From Candidatus Saccharimonadales bacterium (GTDB lineage: Bacteria > Patescibacteriota > Saccharimonadia > Saccharimonadales > OMJO01), in NCBI GenBank assembly GCA_035480035.1, contig DATIID010000001.1:201323-265322 (forward strand): DNA of 64,000 nt, in the 5' to 3' direction. Shown here in pieces: positions 28,212 to 37,556 of this stretch. The number at the start of each line of letters is the position of its first letter. The stretch's first letter is position 1. The notes under the pieces were generated by a model. It worked only from the letters and a program-made list of their open reading frames with translations. It was not told where the DNA came from and ran no database searches. Made by a program: the position numbers and the translations under genes.

Positions 28212-28585
28212 TATTTAGTCTCCTTCTTAACAGGTGGCTTTTTAGCGACTCGTTTTTCACCGTCAACCACCACACGAATGTGGGAACTTCGTCGTTGGAA
28301 CGGCAAAGCCCGTCCGCGGGCAGCTGGCCGATAACGTTTGAGCGAGCGGCCGCCAGTTACACTAATTTCGACAATTTGTAGACTCTCAGGTTTGTAACTA
28401 TGGTTATGGTCAGCGTTAGCCTTAGCGCTCTCGATCGTCTTCTTTACAGCCATAGCAGAACGTCGTGGAGTATGTTCTAAAATTGTAATTGCATCTTTAA
28501 CTGAACGACCTCGCACTAAAGCCGCTACGACGCTAACTTTACGAGGACTAATTCGAACGTTTTTGGCTACGGCTAAAACTGACAT
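28211..28585 (-). CDS. rplV: 50S ribosomal protein L22 (uL22)
   Basis: uL22 core (RISPRKVSVVAALVRG). Confidence 0.95.
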   Translation of the reverse strand: MSVLAVAKNVRISPRKVSVVAALVRGRSVKDAITILEHTPRRSAMAVKKTIESAKANADHNHSYKPESLQIVEISVTGGRSLKRYRPAARGRALPFQRRSSHIRVVVDGEKRVAKKPPVKKETK

Positions 28586-28863
28586 TAGGCGGTGCCTCCC
28601 TTGGCCATTTTACCGCCATGTCGACGGAATTTCCGGGTTGGTGAAAATTCACCTAACTTATGGCCGACCATGTTTTCGGTCACAAAAACTGGCACATGAA
28701 CTTTGCCGTTATGAACAGCAATGGTCCGACCGACAAAATCAGGTGAAATCGTAGAGGCTCGAGCCCAGGTTTTTATGATGGTTCGATCTTCCGCACCTAA
28801 AGCTGCAACTTTCTTAGCTAATTTAGGGTCGATAAACGGGCCTTTCTTCAGCGATCTACTCAT
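28585..28863 (-). CDS. rpsS: 30S ribosomal protein S19 (uS19)
   Basis: [12 protein letters not shown]... N-terminus. Confidence 0.97.
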   Translation of the reverse strand: MSRSLKKGPFIDPKLAKKVAALGAEDRTIIKTWARASTISPDFVGRTIAVHNGKVHVPVFVTENMVGHKLGEFSPTRKFRRHGGKMAKGGTA

Positions 28864-29123
28864 GACTTTAACTCCCTTACTTGGCTCATTGGCATATCAA
28901 TTCCCAGACCGTACCAAACGCCCTGGCCTAGGTTTTTATGAATCTGGTCTTTATCTATTGCTTCGATAACTCGTCTTCCCACTTCTATATGGAGTTGGAA
29001 TGGTGCGTTAGTATAGACAAGCGCGTCTTTCACAGCGTTACCAATCTGCTCACCTGCAGCCAATAAATCATGTCTGGCTCGATCTTCGTGTTTAGTCATT
29101 TCGTCTAAAGTTTTGCCTTCCAT
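28860..29123 (-). CDS. Hypothetical 87-aa protein inserted between rplB and rpsS
   Basis: The ATG lies 2 nt after the rplB stop, with GAGGAG 6 nt upstream. The TGA overlaps the rpsS ATG (ATGA). The ORF exactly fills a 262-nt gap that is normally near zero. No motif recognised. Confidence 0.6.
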   Translation of the reverse strand: MEGKTLDEMTKHEDRARHDLLAAGEQIGNAVKDALVYTNAPFQLHIEVGRRVIEAIDKDQIHKNLGQGVWYGLGIDMPMSQVRELKS

Positions 29124-29125
29124 AA

Positions 29126-29962
29126 TTATCTCCTCTTAGCCGTATGCCGGCTCCTGACAATAAACTTAGTGGAAATCTTGCGGCGACGGGTCTTATAGCC
29201 CAATGTCTTCTGACCCCACGGTGTTCGTGGTGCTTTGCCCATACCGTGTCTACCGCCGTCACCACCACCATGCGGGTGGTCAGCGGCGTTCATAACTACA
29301 CCACGGACTGACGGACGGATGCCTTTTAGCCGGTTACGACCAGCCTTGCCGATCTTGATGTTCTGGTGTTGAACGTTGCCGATTACACCAATACTGGCAC
29401 TACATTCGACACTAACCATTCGAACTTCACCGCTAGGCAAGCGAATTTGGGCATAATCACCCTCTTTAGCCATTAGTTGAGCACTGTTGCCCGCCGAGCG
29501 AACCAATTGAGCACCCTTGCCAGGAATAAGTTCAACAGCGTGAATCACGCTACCAACAGGAATATTCTTTAGTTTGAGTCGATTGCCGGGTTCAATAGCT
29601 GACTCTTCGCCGGATACAATTTTGTGGCCAACTTTCATGATACTAGTAGCCAAAATATAATGATATTGACCGGTATTATCCTTAATTCGAGCAATCCGAG
29701 CGCTACGGTTAGGGTCATATTCAATGGCTTCGACGGTGGCTGTTAAGTTTGGCTGTAAGTTGAAGTTAACCAAACGATAAAACTGACGAACTCCGCCGCC
29801 CTTGTGACGGGTAGTAATACGACCTTGATTATTGCGACCGCTAGTCTTTCGTTTAACGGTCACCAATGACTTCAAGGGTTTTTTGCTGGTAATGCGTGCA
29901 AAATCTTGCGTTGTCATGCCACGACGTCCAGGTGTCGTCGGATTATAGGTTTTAATGGCCAT
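29126..29962 (-). CDS. rplB: 50S ribosomal protein L2 (uL2)
   Basis: uL2 hallmarks (GRNNQGRITTRHKGGG, HPHGGGDG). Confidence 0.97.
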   Translation of the reverse strand: MAIKTYNPTTPGRRGMTTQDFARITSKKPLKSLVTVKRKTSGRNNQGRITTRHKGGGVRQFYRLVNFNLQPNLTATVEAIEYDPNRSARIARIKDNTGQYHYILATSIMKVGHKIVSGEESAIEPGNRLKLKNIPVGSVIHAVELIPGKGAQLVRSAGNSAQLMAKEGDYAQIRLPSGEVRMVSVECSASIGVIGNVQHQNIKIGKAGRNRLKGIRPSVRGVVMNAADHPHGGGDGGRHGMGKAPRTPWGQKTLGYKTRRRKISTKFIVRSRHTAKRR

Positions 29963-30324
29963 TACTTCTTACCTCGTTTGGTCTGAACTTTTGTTGGATC
30001 TTTGCTTTTCTTAGCATCGTCGGCTTCCTCGGCGGCAAAAATAGGCAAGCTGTCACCTTGCTTGAGTGTTACATAAGCAAATTTACGATTTACGCGGTGA
30101 CCAGTTACTGAACGGCCAGTTTTACGAACTGAACGTTTAGTTTTACCTTTTTGATTAAGCATTTTAATGTTAGTCACTGTGACTTTAAACTGTTCAGCCA
30201 CAGCTCGACTAACAGTTAACCGATTAGCTTCAGCAGGAACATGAAAAACGTAAACATTGGTACTTTGGCTCAAGCCGTAGGCTTTTTCGCTAATTCTTGG
30301 TCGTAGGGTCATAGTTTTACTCAT
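29962..30324 (-). CDS. rplW: 50S ribosomal protein L23 (uL23) with a K-rich C-terminal tail
   Basis: uL23 core in the L4-L23-L2 slot. Confidence 0.92.
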   Translation of the reverse strand: MSKTMTLRPRISEKAYGLSQSTNVYVFHVPAEANRLTVSRAVAEQFKVTVTNIKMLNQKGKTKRSVRKTGRSVTGHRVNRKFAYVTLKQGDSLPIFAAEEADDAKKSKDPTKVQTKRGKK

Positions 30325-30980
30325 GATTTAGCCTCGACTTTTGCCTTAGCTTGACCAAGCCATTCCGAGATAATACCTAAAGCCTTCTGACTGATTATAA
30401 TCTGATCGGCGTTAAGGATATCATAAACGTTTAAATACTTCGCTTGGACGGCCTTGACGTTGCTTAGATTTCGAGTGGCTCTTTCGACTAGCTCATTTTT
30501 AACACTCACCACAATTAAAACATTACCTTTAGCCTCCAGCTTCTCAAGTAATTTTACGGTTGACTTAACTAACCCATCCTTGCTATCAAATGTCTCTATA
30601 ACTTTAAGTTGGTCAGATTTGGCAGCTAAGCTTAGGGCTTGACGAAGGGCTTGACGTTTGGCTGACTGGTTAAGTTTATGTGAGAAATTTTCTTGACCAG
30701 TTGGCCCAAAGACAATACCACCGCCACGCCAAATTGGGTTTCGTGACGAGCCAAAACGAGCTCGGCCGGTACCTTTTTGGCGCCATGGCTTACGGCCACC
30801 ACCCCGAATTAGCCCGCGGGTCTTTGTAACCGCCAAATTACTTCGACCATTGGCTAGATATGTAACATAAGCTGCTTTTAGTGAGTCGTGGTTTTTTATT
30901 GTTAAGTCAAAAATTGACTTATCTAATTTAATGCTAGCCGAGGCTTTATTGCCAGACTTAGTGTAAGTACTGACACTCAT
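30321..30980 (-). CDS. rplD: 50S ribosomal protein L4 (uL4)
   Basis: uL4 loop region (GGGRKPWRQKGTGRAR). Confidence 0.95.
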   Translation of the reverse strand: MSVSTYTKSGNKASASIKLDKSIFDLTIKNHDSLKAAYVTYLANGRSNLAVTKTRGLIRGGGRKPWRQKGTGRARFGSSRNPIWRGGGIVFGPTGQENFSHKLNQSAKRQALRQALSLAAKSDQLKVIETFDSKDGLVKSTVKLLEKLEAKGNVLIVVSVKNELVERATRNLSNVKAVQAKYLNVYDILNADQIIISQKALGIISEWLGQAKAKVEAKS

Positions 30981-31591
30981 GACCCTATACCCCTAACAAC
31001 TACAATACTTTTACGAGGACCTGGTACTGCTCCAGAAACACCAATGACATTTAGCTCTGGATCAACCAAAGCAATGGATAAATTCTTAATAGTCACTTGT
31101 TCATGACCCATCTGGCCGGCCATTTTCTTACCTTTTAGGATGTGTTGGGGATACATTGAACCAATTGAGCCGGGACGTCGATAACTACGACCACCGTGCG
31201 TTTTACGACCACGATGAAAATTATGCCGTTTAATTGTGCCGGCAAAACCCTTACCCTTACTAGTGCTCGTAACATCAACCTTGTCACCAACATTAAAAGT
31301 GTCGGCTCCTAAACTTTGGCCGACACTGATGTCTTCTGAGATGTCATTGACTCGAATTTCGCGCGCAATCTTTGGCATTATTTTGGCTTTCTTGAAATGA
31401 CCGCTAAGCGCCTTGCCGAGATTTTTGGTCGTTTCACTGCCGAGTTGAATAGCTTGATAACCATCGTTATCGGTGGTTTTTATTTGAGTAACTACATTTG
31501 GGTTAACCGATAAAATAGTGACAGCTTGAACAGCACCGTTATCACTTATGGTGCTAGTCATGCCAACTTTTCGAGCAATTAAAGCCTTCAC
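30977..31591 (-). CDS. rplC: 50S ribosomal protein L3 (uL3)
   Basis: GTG start. MKALIARKVGMTS... and the FAGTIKRHNF motif. Confidence 0.95.
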   Translation of the reverse strand: MKALIARKVGMTSTISDNGAVQAVTILSVNPNVVTQIKTTDNDGYQAIQLGSETTKNLGKALSGHFKKAKIMPKIAREIRVNDISEDISVGQSLGADTFNVGDKVDVTSTSKGKGFAGTIKRHNFHRGRKTHGGRSYRRPGSIGSMYPQHILKGKKMAGQMGHEQVTIKNLSIALVDPELNVIGVSGAVPGPRKSIVVVRGIGS

Positions 31592-31620
31592 TATTAAAAA
31601 TTTAACCCTTATTTAGACAT

Positions 31621-31684
31621 AAAAAGCCTTGGTGCTTGCTAGTTTCTACCTCTGTTAATTGGTAGACTTGGCAATTCACCAAGT
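31621..31684 (-). terminator. Long imperfect hairpin plus U-run, 35 nt upstream of the rplC start (terminator or attenuator)
   Basis: Minus strand: CTTGGTG...(GGTAGA/TCTACC inner stem)...CACCAAG, then GCTTTTT. A perfect TTGACA -35-like hexamer lies upstream at 31735-31740. Confidence 0.45.
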
Positions 31685-31762
31685 ACAGATTATGTTTTTG
31701 ATACCGTTACAGAGTAACACCTGAACGCTACATCTGTCAATGCGTTGATTATTCTACAACGC

Positions 31763-32053
31763 TTACTTTAAGACTCGTAAATATATGCCGACTTGTGACC
31801 AAAAGCCGATCAACATTGAGATAAGCAGTATCACATATTCTAATTTACGATCAATCTTAAATTTATCTCGACTGGCGATAATCAAACCAATAATTAAACC
31901 CACCGGAAGTGGCAATTGTTTAGTCGCGTCAACATTAACTAATCGGACCCATTGAAAACCAACTATCAAATATATGACCAATTTTAGAAAAAACGCCCCG
32001 TCGGCTTCTGTTTGGGTGTATTTACGCTTAACTGTTTTAGACATTAGTAACAT
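31763..32053 (-). CDS. Hypothetical small membrane protein (96 aa, ~3 TM helices)
   Basis: Three hydrophobic segments. Lies between rpsJ and rplC. No SD seen. Confidence 0.55.
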   Translation of the reverse strand: MLLMSKTVKRKYTQTEADGAFFLKLVIYLIVGFQWVRLVNVDATKQLPLPVGLIIGLIIASRDKFKIDRKLEYVILLISMLIGFWSQVGIYLRVLK

Positions 32054-32083
32054 TAAAGCACATGCTTAAATATTTGTGGGATT

Positions 32084-32767
32084 TTAAGGAGTCGTTAAGC
32101 ACTCGATGTGCTCATCAATTAAACCGTTTACAATTTCTTTATCAATTGAACGCCATGGGTGTAAATCACCTAAGTTTCCATTAACACCATCTAGCGCTAA
32201 GACTTGCCCGTCGTGCTTATCACCGGGCGTTATGGCTACCCCAGTGAAAAGCGGCACGATAGTAGCACCAGGTTTTTCTTTAGTTTGACCTTCGGGTGTA
32301 TAGCCATTTAAGTCATATGGTGTATCCCGTAAACAGCTGTTGGTTTTGGCGGCAATCTCATGTTCATCATGACGATCCAATTCACCAAGCCAACCAATAA
32401 CACCTTTGCCATCATATTTTGGCCAACCGTCAGGCGGATTAATGTAGGTCATATTATATCTAGCAACAAAATTTGATTGTTGATAGTTATCATTAGCGTT
32501 AACTCTTATGGCTTCACGAGCTTGACGAGTGAATTCCGGCGTTGGTTTTGGCATATGGCCAAAAAAACCAGTATTTTGTTGAATCGGCACAGTAGCAACC
32601 AGAGCTGCAGCTAAGACCAAAGCTCCAATCCGGTGATTACGTACACGGTGTTTTTCAGGACTAAATTGGTCTTTAGCGATATCAAGCAGAGTCGGATCTT
32701 TTGCAATGACTCTAGTATCTGCGTCTTGATCATAGAGCATCGTTCCATTGCCTTCGGATTTAGTCAT
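32084..32767 (-). CDS. Hypothetical single-pass membrane protein (227 aa) with an extracytoplasmic C-terminal domain
   Basis: TM helix IGALVLAAALVATVPI at aa ~47-62. No recognised catalytic motif. Lies between rpsJ and rplC. Confidence 0.65.
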   Translation of the reverse strand: MTKSEGNGTMLYDQDADTRVIAKDPTLLDIAKDQFSPEKHRVRNHRIGALVLAAALVATVPIQQNTGFFGHMPKPTPEFTRQAREAIRVNANDNYQQSNFVARYNMTYINPPDGWPKYDGKGVIGWLGELDRHDEHEIAAKTNSCLRDTPYDLNGYTPEGQTKEKPGATIVPLFTGVAITPGDKHDGQVLALDGVNGNLGDLHPWRSIDKEIVNGLIDEHIECLTTP

Positions 32768-32779
32768 ACTTTAATTTGA

Positions 32780-32808
32780 ATTATAGACTTTGATTTTGGG
32801 TTTGGCTA
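32780..32808 (-). promoter_or_regulatory. Candidate promoter for the inserted 227-aa gene
   Basis: Minus strand reads TAGCCA (32803-32808, overlapping the rpsJ stop), a 17-nt spacer, then a perfect TATAAT (32780-32785) 12 nt before the ATG. Confidence 0.35.
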
Positions 32809-33225
32809 CATCTTGATTTCGGCATCACAACCAGCTGGCAGTGATAGATTCATAAGCGAATCAATGGTCTTGGTGGTTGGGTCAGTAATGTCAATTAAAC
32901 GTTTGTGAACCCGCATTTCAAACTGTTCACGGCTTTTTTTGTAAACATGTGGACTTTTAATGACTGTGTAAACTGTTTTTTTAGTTGGTAGTGGAATTGG
33001 ACCAGAAATCGTTGCGCCAGTACGAAGGGCAGTATCAATAATTTGCTTAGCCGACTGGTCAATTACCTTATGATCATATGCCTTTAGACGGATCCTAATC
33101 CGCTGCTTAACTGGTGCGTCAGCTTTTTTGGGTGCGTCTTTTTTGATTGTTACGTGAGCTTTGGCTGGCGATTCAACTGACTTTGTATCTTCAACTTTAT
33201 CTGCAGCTTGTTTAGCTTCGGCCAT
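32806..33225 (-). CDS. rpsJ: 30S ribosomal protein S10 (uS10) with a ~40-aa K/A-rich N-terminal extension
   Basis: uS10 core [19 protein letters not shown]... AAGGAG lies 5 nt upstream of the ATG. Confidence 0.93.
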   Translation of the reverse strand: MAEAKQAADKVEDTKSVESPAKAHVTIKKDAPKKADAPVKQRIRIRLKAYDHKVIDQSAKQIIDTALRTGATISGPIPLPTKKTVYTVIKSPHVYKKSREQFEMRVHKRLIDITDPTTKTIDSLMNLSLPAGCDAEIKM

Positions 33226-33330
33226 AATTACTCCTTGTGGTGTAACATCTTTGCAACGTTATTGAGAACTTTACAACGACTTTTAGTCACCACGATTACT
33301 TTATAATTAGATTGTACAATAATAATGCTT

Positions 33331-33363
33331 AAAAGAAAAGAGCGCCTCATTATCGACGCTCTT
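33331..33363 (-). terminator. Rho-independent terminator candidate after tuf
   Basis: Minus strand reads AAGAGCG, a 12-nt loop, CGCTCTT, then TTCTTTT. It begins 24 nt after the tuf stop. Confidence 0.55.
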
Positions 33364-33386
33364 TGGCTTCTCGGTAATCTAATAGA

Positions 33387-34568
33387 TTACTTGTTTATCT
33401 TGGTAACGACACCAGCACCGACGGTTCGGCCACCTTCACGAATAGCGAAGCGTAGACCTTGTTCCATGGCGATTGGCGCTAGAAGCTTAACTTTGAAAGT
33501 AACGGTATCGCCTGGCATAACCATCTCTTTGTCAGCCGGAAGTTCGACTTCACCAGTTACATCAGTAGTTCGAAAGTAAAACTGGGGTTTGTAACCTTTG
33601 AAGAATGGGGTATGACGACCGCCTTCTTCTTTGGCCAGAATATAAACTTCAGCGTCAAATTCGGTGTGTGGAGTAATAGTACCTGGCTTGCATAGCACCT
33701 GACCGCGTTCAATGTCATCACGTTCAATACCGCGAAGCAGAACACCGACGTTGTCACCAGCTTGACCTTGGTCAAGATTTTTCTTGAACATTTCAACGCC
33801 AGTTACAACTGATTTTTTAGTTGGGCGAAGACCGACAATTTCTACTTCTTCGTTAACTTTAACGATACCTTGTTCAACACGGCCAGTGGCGACAGTACCA
33901 CGACCCTTAATTGAGAAAACGTCTTCGATTGGCATTAAGAATGGTTTATCCAGCTCACGTTTGGGCTCTGGAACGTTTTCATCCATAGCTTTAACAAGTT
34001 CCATAATTGCATCTTCGTTAGCAGCATCGCCTTCGAGAGCTTTGGTAGCTGAACCTTTGATGATTGGCGCATTCTCGTCGTAACCGTTCTTAGCCAACAG
34101 CTCGCGAATGTCCATTTCAACAAGTTCAATCAGTTCAGGGTCAGCTAAATCCATCTTGTTTAGGAAAACTAAGATGTAAGGTACGCCAACCTGCTTAGCT
34201 AAAAGCACGTGCTCACGAGTTTGCGGTAACGGACCATCGTTCGCGGCAACTACTAAAATAGCACCATCAATCTGAGCGGCACCGGTAATCATGTTCTTAA
34301 CATAGTCAGCGTGACCTGGCATATCAACGTGGGCATAGTGACGCTTTTCCGATTCATACTCCTGGTGAGAAGTAGCAATGGTAATACCGCGAGCTTTTTC
34401 CTCAGGTGCATTGTCAATTTCATCATATTTAACCGGCTTGTTTACGTCGCTGGGAAGCTTTTTAGCCAAAACAGCCGTAATCGCAGCCGTTAGGGTTGTC
34501 TTACCATGGTCAACATGGCCCATTGTACCGACGTTTACATGTGGCTTACTCCTGTCAAAATCTGCCAT
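33387..34568 (-). CDS. tuf: Elongation factor Tu
   Basis: [18 protein letters not shown] and NKMD GTPase motifs. 393 aa. Confidence 0.98.
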   Translation of the reverse strand: MADFDRSKPHVNVGTMGHVDHGKTTLTAAITAVLAKKLPSDVNKPVKYDEIDNAPEEKARGITIATSHQEYESEKRHYAHVDMPGHADYVKNMITGAAQIDGAILVVAANDGPLPQTREHVLLAKQVGVPYILVFLNKMDLADPELIELVEMDIRELLAKNGYDENAPIIKGSATKALEGDAANEDAIMELVKAMDENVPEPKRELDKPFLMPIEDVFSIKGRGTVATGRVEQGIVKVNEEVEIVGLRPTKKSVVTGVEMFKKNLDQGQAGDNVGVLLRGIERDDIERGQVLCKPGTITPHTEFDAEVYILAKEEGGRHTPFFKGYKPQFYFRTTDVTGEVELPADKEMVMPGDTVTFKVKLLAPIAMEQGLRFAIREGGRTVGAGVVTKINK

Positions 34569-34643
34569 TTGTAGTTCTCCTAAAGTTAGTTATTTAATAA
34601 GTTTTCGCATAAATATAACAATACTCACACGAGTTACCGCATA

Positions 34644-34672
34644 ATCTTATCTGAATCTAAGCGTTTTGTAAA
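34644..34672 (-). promoter_or_regulatory. Candidate promoter upstream of tuf
   Basis: Minus strand reads TTTACA (34667-34672), a 17-nt spacer, then TAAGAT (34644-34649). Confidence 0.35.
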
Positions 34673-34675
34673 GAG

Positions 34676-35188
34676 TTAGACGGCCCGTAATTTATCATAT
34701 TGTTCAACTCGGTTTTTTTCGTCAACCAGCTCAACCGATAAATTGCCTTGGTTAGCTAAGTATCTTAAAGCTTTTTGGCCATAAGAAGCCCATTTCAAAG
34801 CTAATTCTGGATCTTCAAGTCTAGTATAACCAAGATCGTAATACTGCCAATTGTCATCATCTGAAATCGATTGGTCAGGGTGGACAATGGTGGTGGCGAT
34901 AATAATATGGTCTTCGGTTAATAGCGAATGGGTTTGGTACTCACCACTACCAATTTGACGTTTTTGAATATCAAACAATACACCTCTAAAAAAATAACCT
35001 TCATCAGTATAATTTTCAATGTCTTGATCATCAGGTAATACAATTTTGGGCAAGGTTAATGGGTTTAGATTGTCAACGTAATTAGTTATTAAATCACGCG
35101 CTAGCTGGCCGAGTAGTAATTTGGTCTCGTCTGAGGCCTCTAAATACATCTCAAGCATAGCCTGCGGTTCAGTTGGCAAATCCTCCAT
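34676..35188 (-). CDS. Hypothetical acidic protein (170 aa) between fusA and tuf
   Basis: Clean ATG ORF, D/E-rich, with no TM segment, no recognised motif and no clear SD. Confidence 0.65.
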   Translation of the reverse strand: MEDLPTEPQAMLEMYLEASDETKLLLGQLARDLITNYVDNLNPLTLPKIVLPDDQDIENYTDEGYFFRGVLFDIQKRQIGSGEYQTHSLLTEDHIIIATTIVHPDQSISDDDNWQYYDLGYTRLEDPELALKWASYGQKALRYLANQGNLSVELVDEKNRVEQYDKLRAV

Positions 35189-35234
35189 TGTAAACTTTAT
35201 TAAACTATAAAGTTGAAATTTCTACAAACGAGTT

Positions 35235-37322
35235 TTATTTAGCATTTTTGGCAATGATGGCTTCGGCGACGTTGTTTGGTACGTCAGCATAGTGGTCAAG
35301 TTCCATGCTAGAACTGGCCCGGCCTTGGGTCATACTGCGCAAGTTAGTTGTGTAGCCAAACATTTCGCCCAGGGGTACGAAAGCTGTAATTTCTTTAATG
35401 CCAGCCTGTAAATCTTCCATTGATTCAACACGACCACGCTTACTATTCAGGTCGCCAATCACATCACCCATGAAGTTTTCGGGCGTAACAACAACGACTT
35501 TCATAATTGGCTCGAGCAACACGGGGTTGGCCTTTTTGACACCTTCTTGAAGCGCCATCGAGCCAGCAATTTTGAAAGCCATCTCACTCGAGTCTACGTC
35601 GTGATAACTACCAAAGTACAGTTCGGCTTTTATATCAACAACTGGATAACCGGCCAAAACACCGTTGGCCATGGCTTCTTTAATACCTTCTTCAACCGGC
35701 TTAATGTACTCTTGCGGAACCACACCACCTTTAATCGAATTTATAAACTCAAAACCTTTGCCAGCCTCGTTTTGGCTAAGTCGTAACCAAACATCACCGT
35801 ATTGACCACGACCACCAGATTGACGAATAAATTTACCTTGAACTTCTACGCCGTCCTTGCGAATGGTTTCGCGATAAGCTACTTGCGGCTGACCAACATT
35901 GGCTTCAACGGTAAACTCGCGCTTCATTCGGTCAACAATAATCTCCAGGTGCAGCTCGCCCATTCCGCTAATAATGGTTTGGGTTGTTTCATCGTCTACG
36001 CGGATTCTAAAAGTCGGATCTTCTTCAGCCAAACGTTGAAGTGCCAGGCTCATTTTCTCCTGGTCGGCTTTGGTTTTGGGCTCGATGGCAATGGAGACTG
36101 GTGGTTCAGGGAAGGTTATGCTTTCCAGAACAATTGGGTTATTTGGGTCACAAAGCGTATTGCCGGTAGTTGTACCCTTTAGCCCAACAACAGCCGCAAT
36201 ATCACCAGCGTCAACCTCGGTTACATCTTCGCGTTTGTCAGCTTGCATACGAACAATGCGGCCGACGCGTTCTTTTTCACCAGTTGAGCTATTCAATATG
36301 TAGCTGCCGGCGGTGACTTTACCAGAATAAACTCTGAAGAATGCCAACTTACCGACAAATGGATCGGTCGCAATCTTAAAGGCTAAGGCTGCAAAGGGTT
36401 CGCTAGAATCAGGCTTACGCTCGATTTCGTCGCCAGTTTTTGGGTGTGTCCCCCAAGTTGAACTGCGATCTAGCGGCGAAGGCAAGAAATCGTTAACGGC
36501 ATCAAGCAGTTTTTCGACAATTACACCACGACCATCTCCACCGCTTACTGCAAAGAATTTACCAGTCAAGACAGCCGAGCGAATGGCTTGTTTAATGTCA
36601 TCTTCAGATAAACCATCTTCGCCAACCTCAAAGTATTTCTCAAGCATCTTCTCGTCTTCAGCCACGGCGTTTTCAATCAGTAAACTTCGGTATTTCTTGA
36701 CTTGATCGGTCATGTCTTCTGGAATTTCACTTTCAGTCAGTTCATGGTCGACAAATTCTTTGTAGGTGTAGGCCTTCATGGTAATAAGATCAACTACACC
36801 TTTAACGCTTTGTTCAAAACCAATTGGTAAGTGGATTGGGAAGGCTCGTTTGTTCAGGCGGTTGTGAATTGAGTCGAGTGACTTATAAAAATCACCACCA
36901 GTTTGGTTAATCTTGTTAATAAAGCAAATTCGAGGTACTTGGTACTTATCGGCTTGGCGCCAAACTGTTTCGGACTGCGATTCAACACCCATTTTGCCGT
37001 CGAAGACTACCACTGCGCCATCGAGTACACGCAATGAGCGCTCCACTTCAACTGTGAAGTCAATGTGACCAGGCGTATCGATAATGTTGATTTTGTGGTC
37101 TTTCCAATAACAAGTCACTGCAGCGCTGGTAATGGTAATGCCACGCTCTTTTTCCTGGGCCATCCAGTCAGTGGTGGTTTCGCCCTCATGAACAGCACCA
37201 ATTTTGTGTTTTAACCCTGTTCGATAAAGGATACCTTCGGTCGTTGTAGTTTTACCGGCGTCAATATGAGCAATAATGCCAATGTTCCTAAACTGTTTTA
37301 AATCGTATTTCTTCTCTGCCAT
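35235..37322 (-). CDS. fusA: Elongation factor G
   Basis: [17 protein letters not shown] and NKIN motifs. 695 aa. Confidence 0.98.
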   Translation of the reverse strand: MAEKKYDLKQFRNIGIIAHIDAGKTTTTEGILYRTGLKHKIGAVHEGETTTDWMAQEKERGITITSAAVTCYWKDHKINIIDTPGHIDFTVEVERSLRVLDGAVVVFDGKMGVESQSETVWRQADKYQVPRICFINKINQTGGDFYKSLDSIHNRLNKRAFPIHLPIGFEQSVKGVVDLITMKAYTYKEFVDHELTESEIPEDMTDQVKKYRSLLIENAVAEDEKMLEKYFEVGEDGLSEDDIKQAIRSAVLTGKFFAVSGGDGRGVIVEKLLDAVNDFLPSPLDRSSTWGTHPKTGDEIERKPDSSEPFAALAFKIATDPFVGKLAFFRVYSGKVTAGSYILNSSTGEKERVGRIVRMQADKREDVTEVDAGDIAAVVGLKGTTTGNTLCDPNNPIVLESITFPEPPVSIAIEPKTKADQEKMSLALQRLAEEDPTFRIRVDDETTQTIISGMGELHLEIIVDRMKREFTVEANVGQPQVAYRETIRKDGVEVQGKFIRQSGGRGQYGDVWLRLSQNEAGKGFEFINSIKGGVVPQEYIKPVEEGIKEAMANGVLAGYPVVDIKAELYFGSYHDVDSSEMAFKIAGSMALQEGVKKANPVLLEPIMKVVVVTPENFMGDVIGDLNSKRGRVESMEDLQAGIKEITAFVPLGEMFGYTTNLRSMTQGRASSSMELDHYADVPNNVAEAIIAKNAK

Positions 37323-37556
37323 TTACTGTTCCTCAGCTGTTAATCTAGCTAATTCTTCTAACATACCTAAGTGTTCACCAGAATCGTTAACATCACGTCC
37401 AGCAGACCTAACTTCGTTTCTTGCCAATATTTGACTGATAAAACCCCCCGCTTCAAGCCGTCTTGCATAAGCTTCATCCAAACGATCTTCAGCCGCGTTC
37501 ATTTGTGCACGCGCTGCTTCAAGATCTGGACTGATGAGACCTGCCTCGCCAACCAT
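37323..37556 (-). CDS. Hypothetical 77-aa helical A/E/R-rich protein wedged between rpsG and fusA
   Basis: The ATG overlaps the rpsG stop by 1 nt (TAATG). Its TAA is immediately followed by the fusA ATG (TAAATG). Its 3' end supplies the GAGGAA SD for fusA. Confidence 0.55.
   Translation of the reverse strand: MVGEAGLISPDLEAARAQMNAAEDRLDEAYARRLEAGGFISQILARNEVRSAGRDVNDSGEHLGMLEELARLTAEEQ

Noticed and set aside
33249-33278. Direct repeat CTTTGCAACG / CTTTACAACG, spaced 20 nt apart in the rpsJ leader, as a possible operator.
   Set aside because: The match is 9 of 10 in a 160-nt AT-rich region. My rough estimate puts the chance occurrence near 0.1. It is not enough without conservation data.
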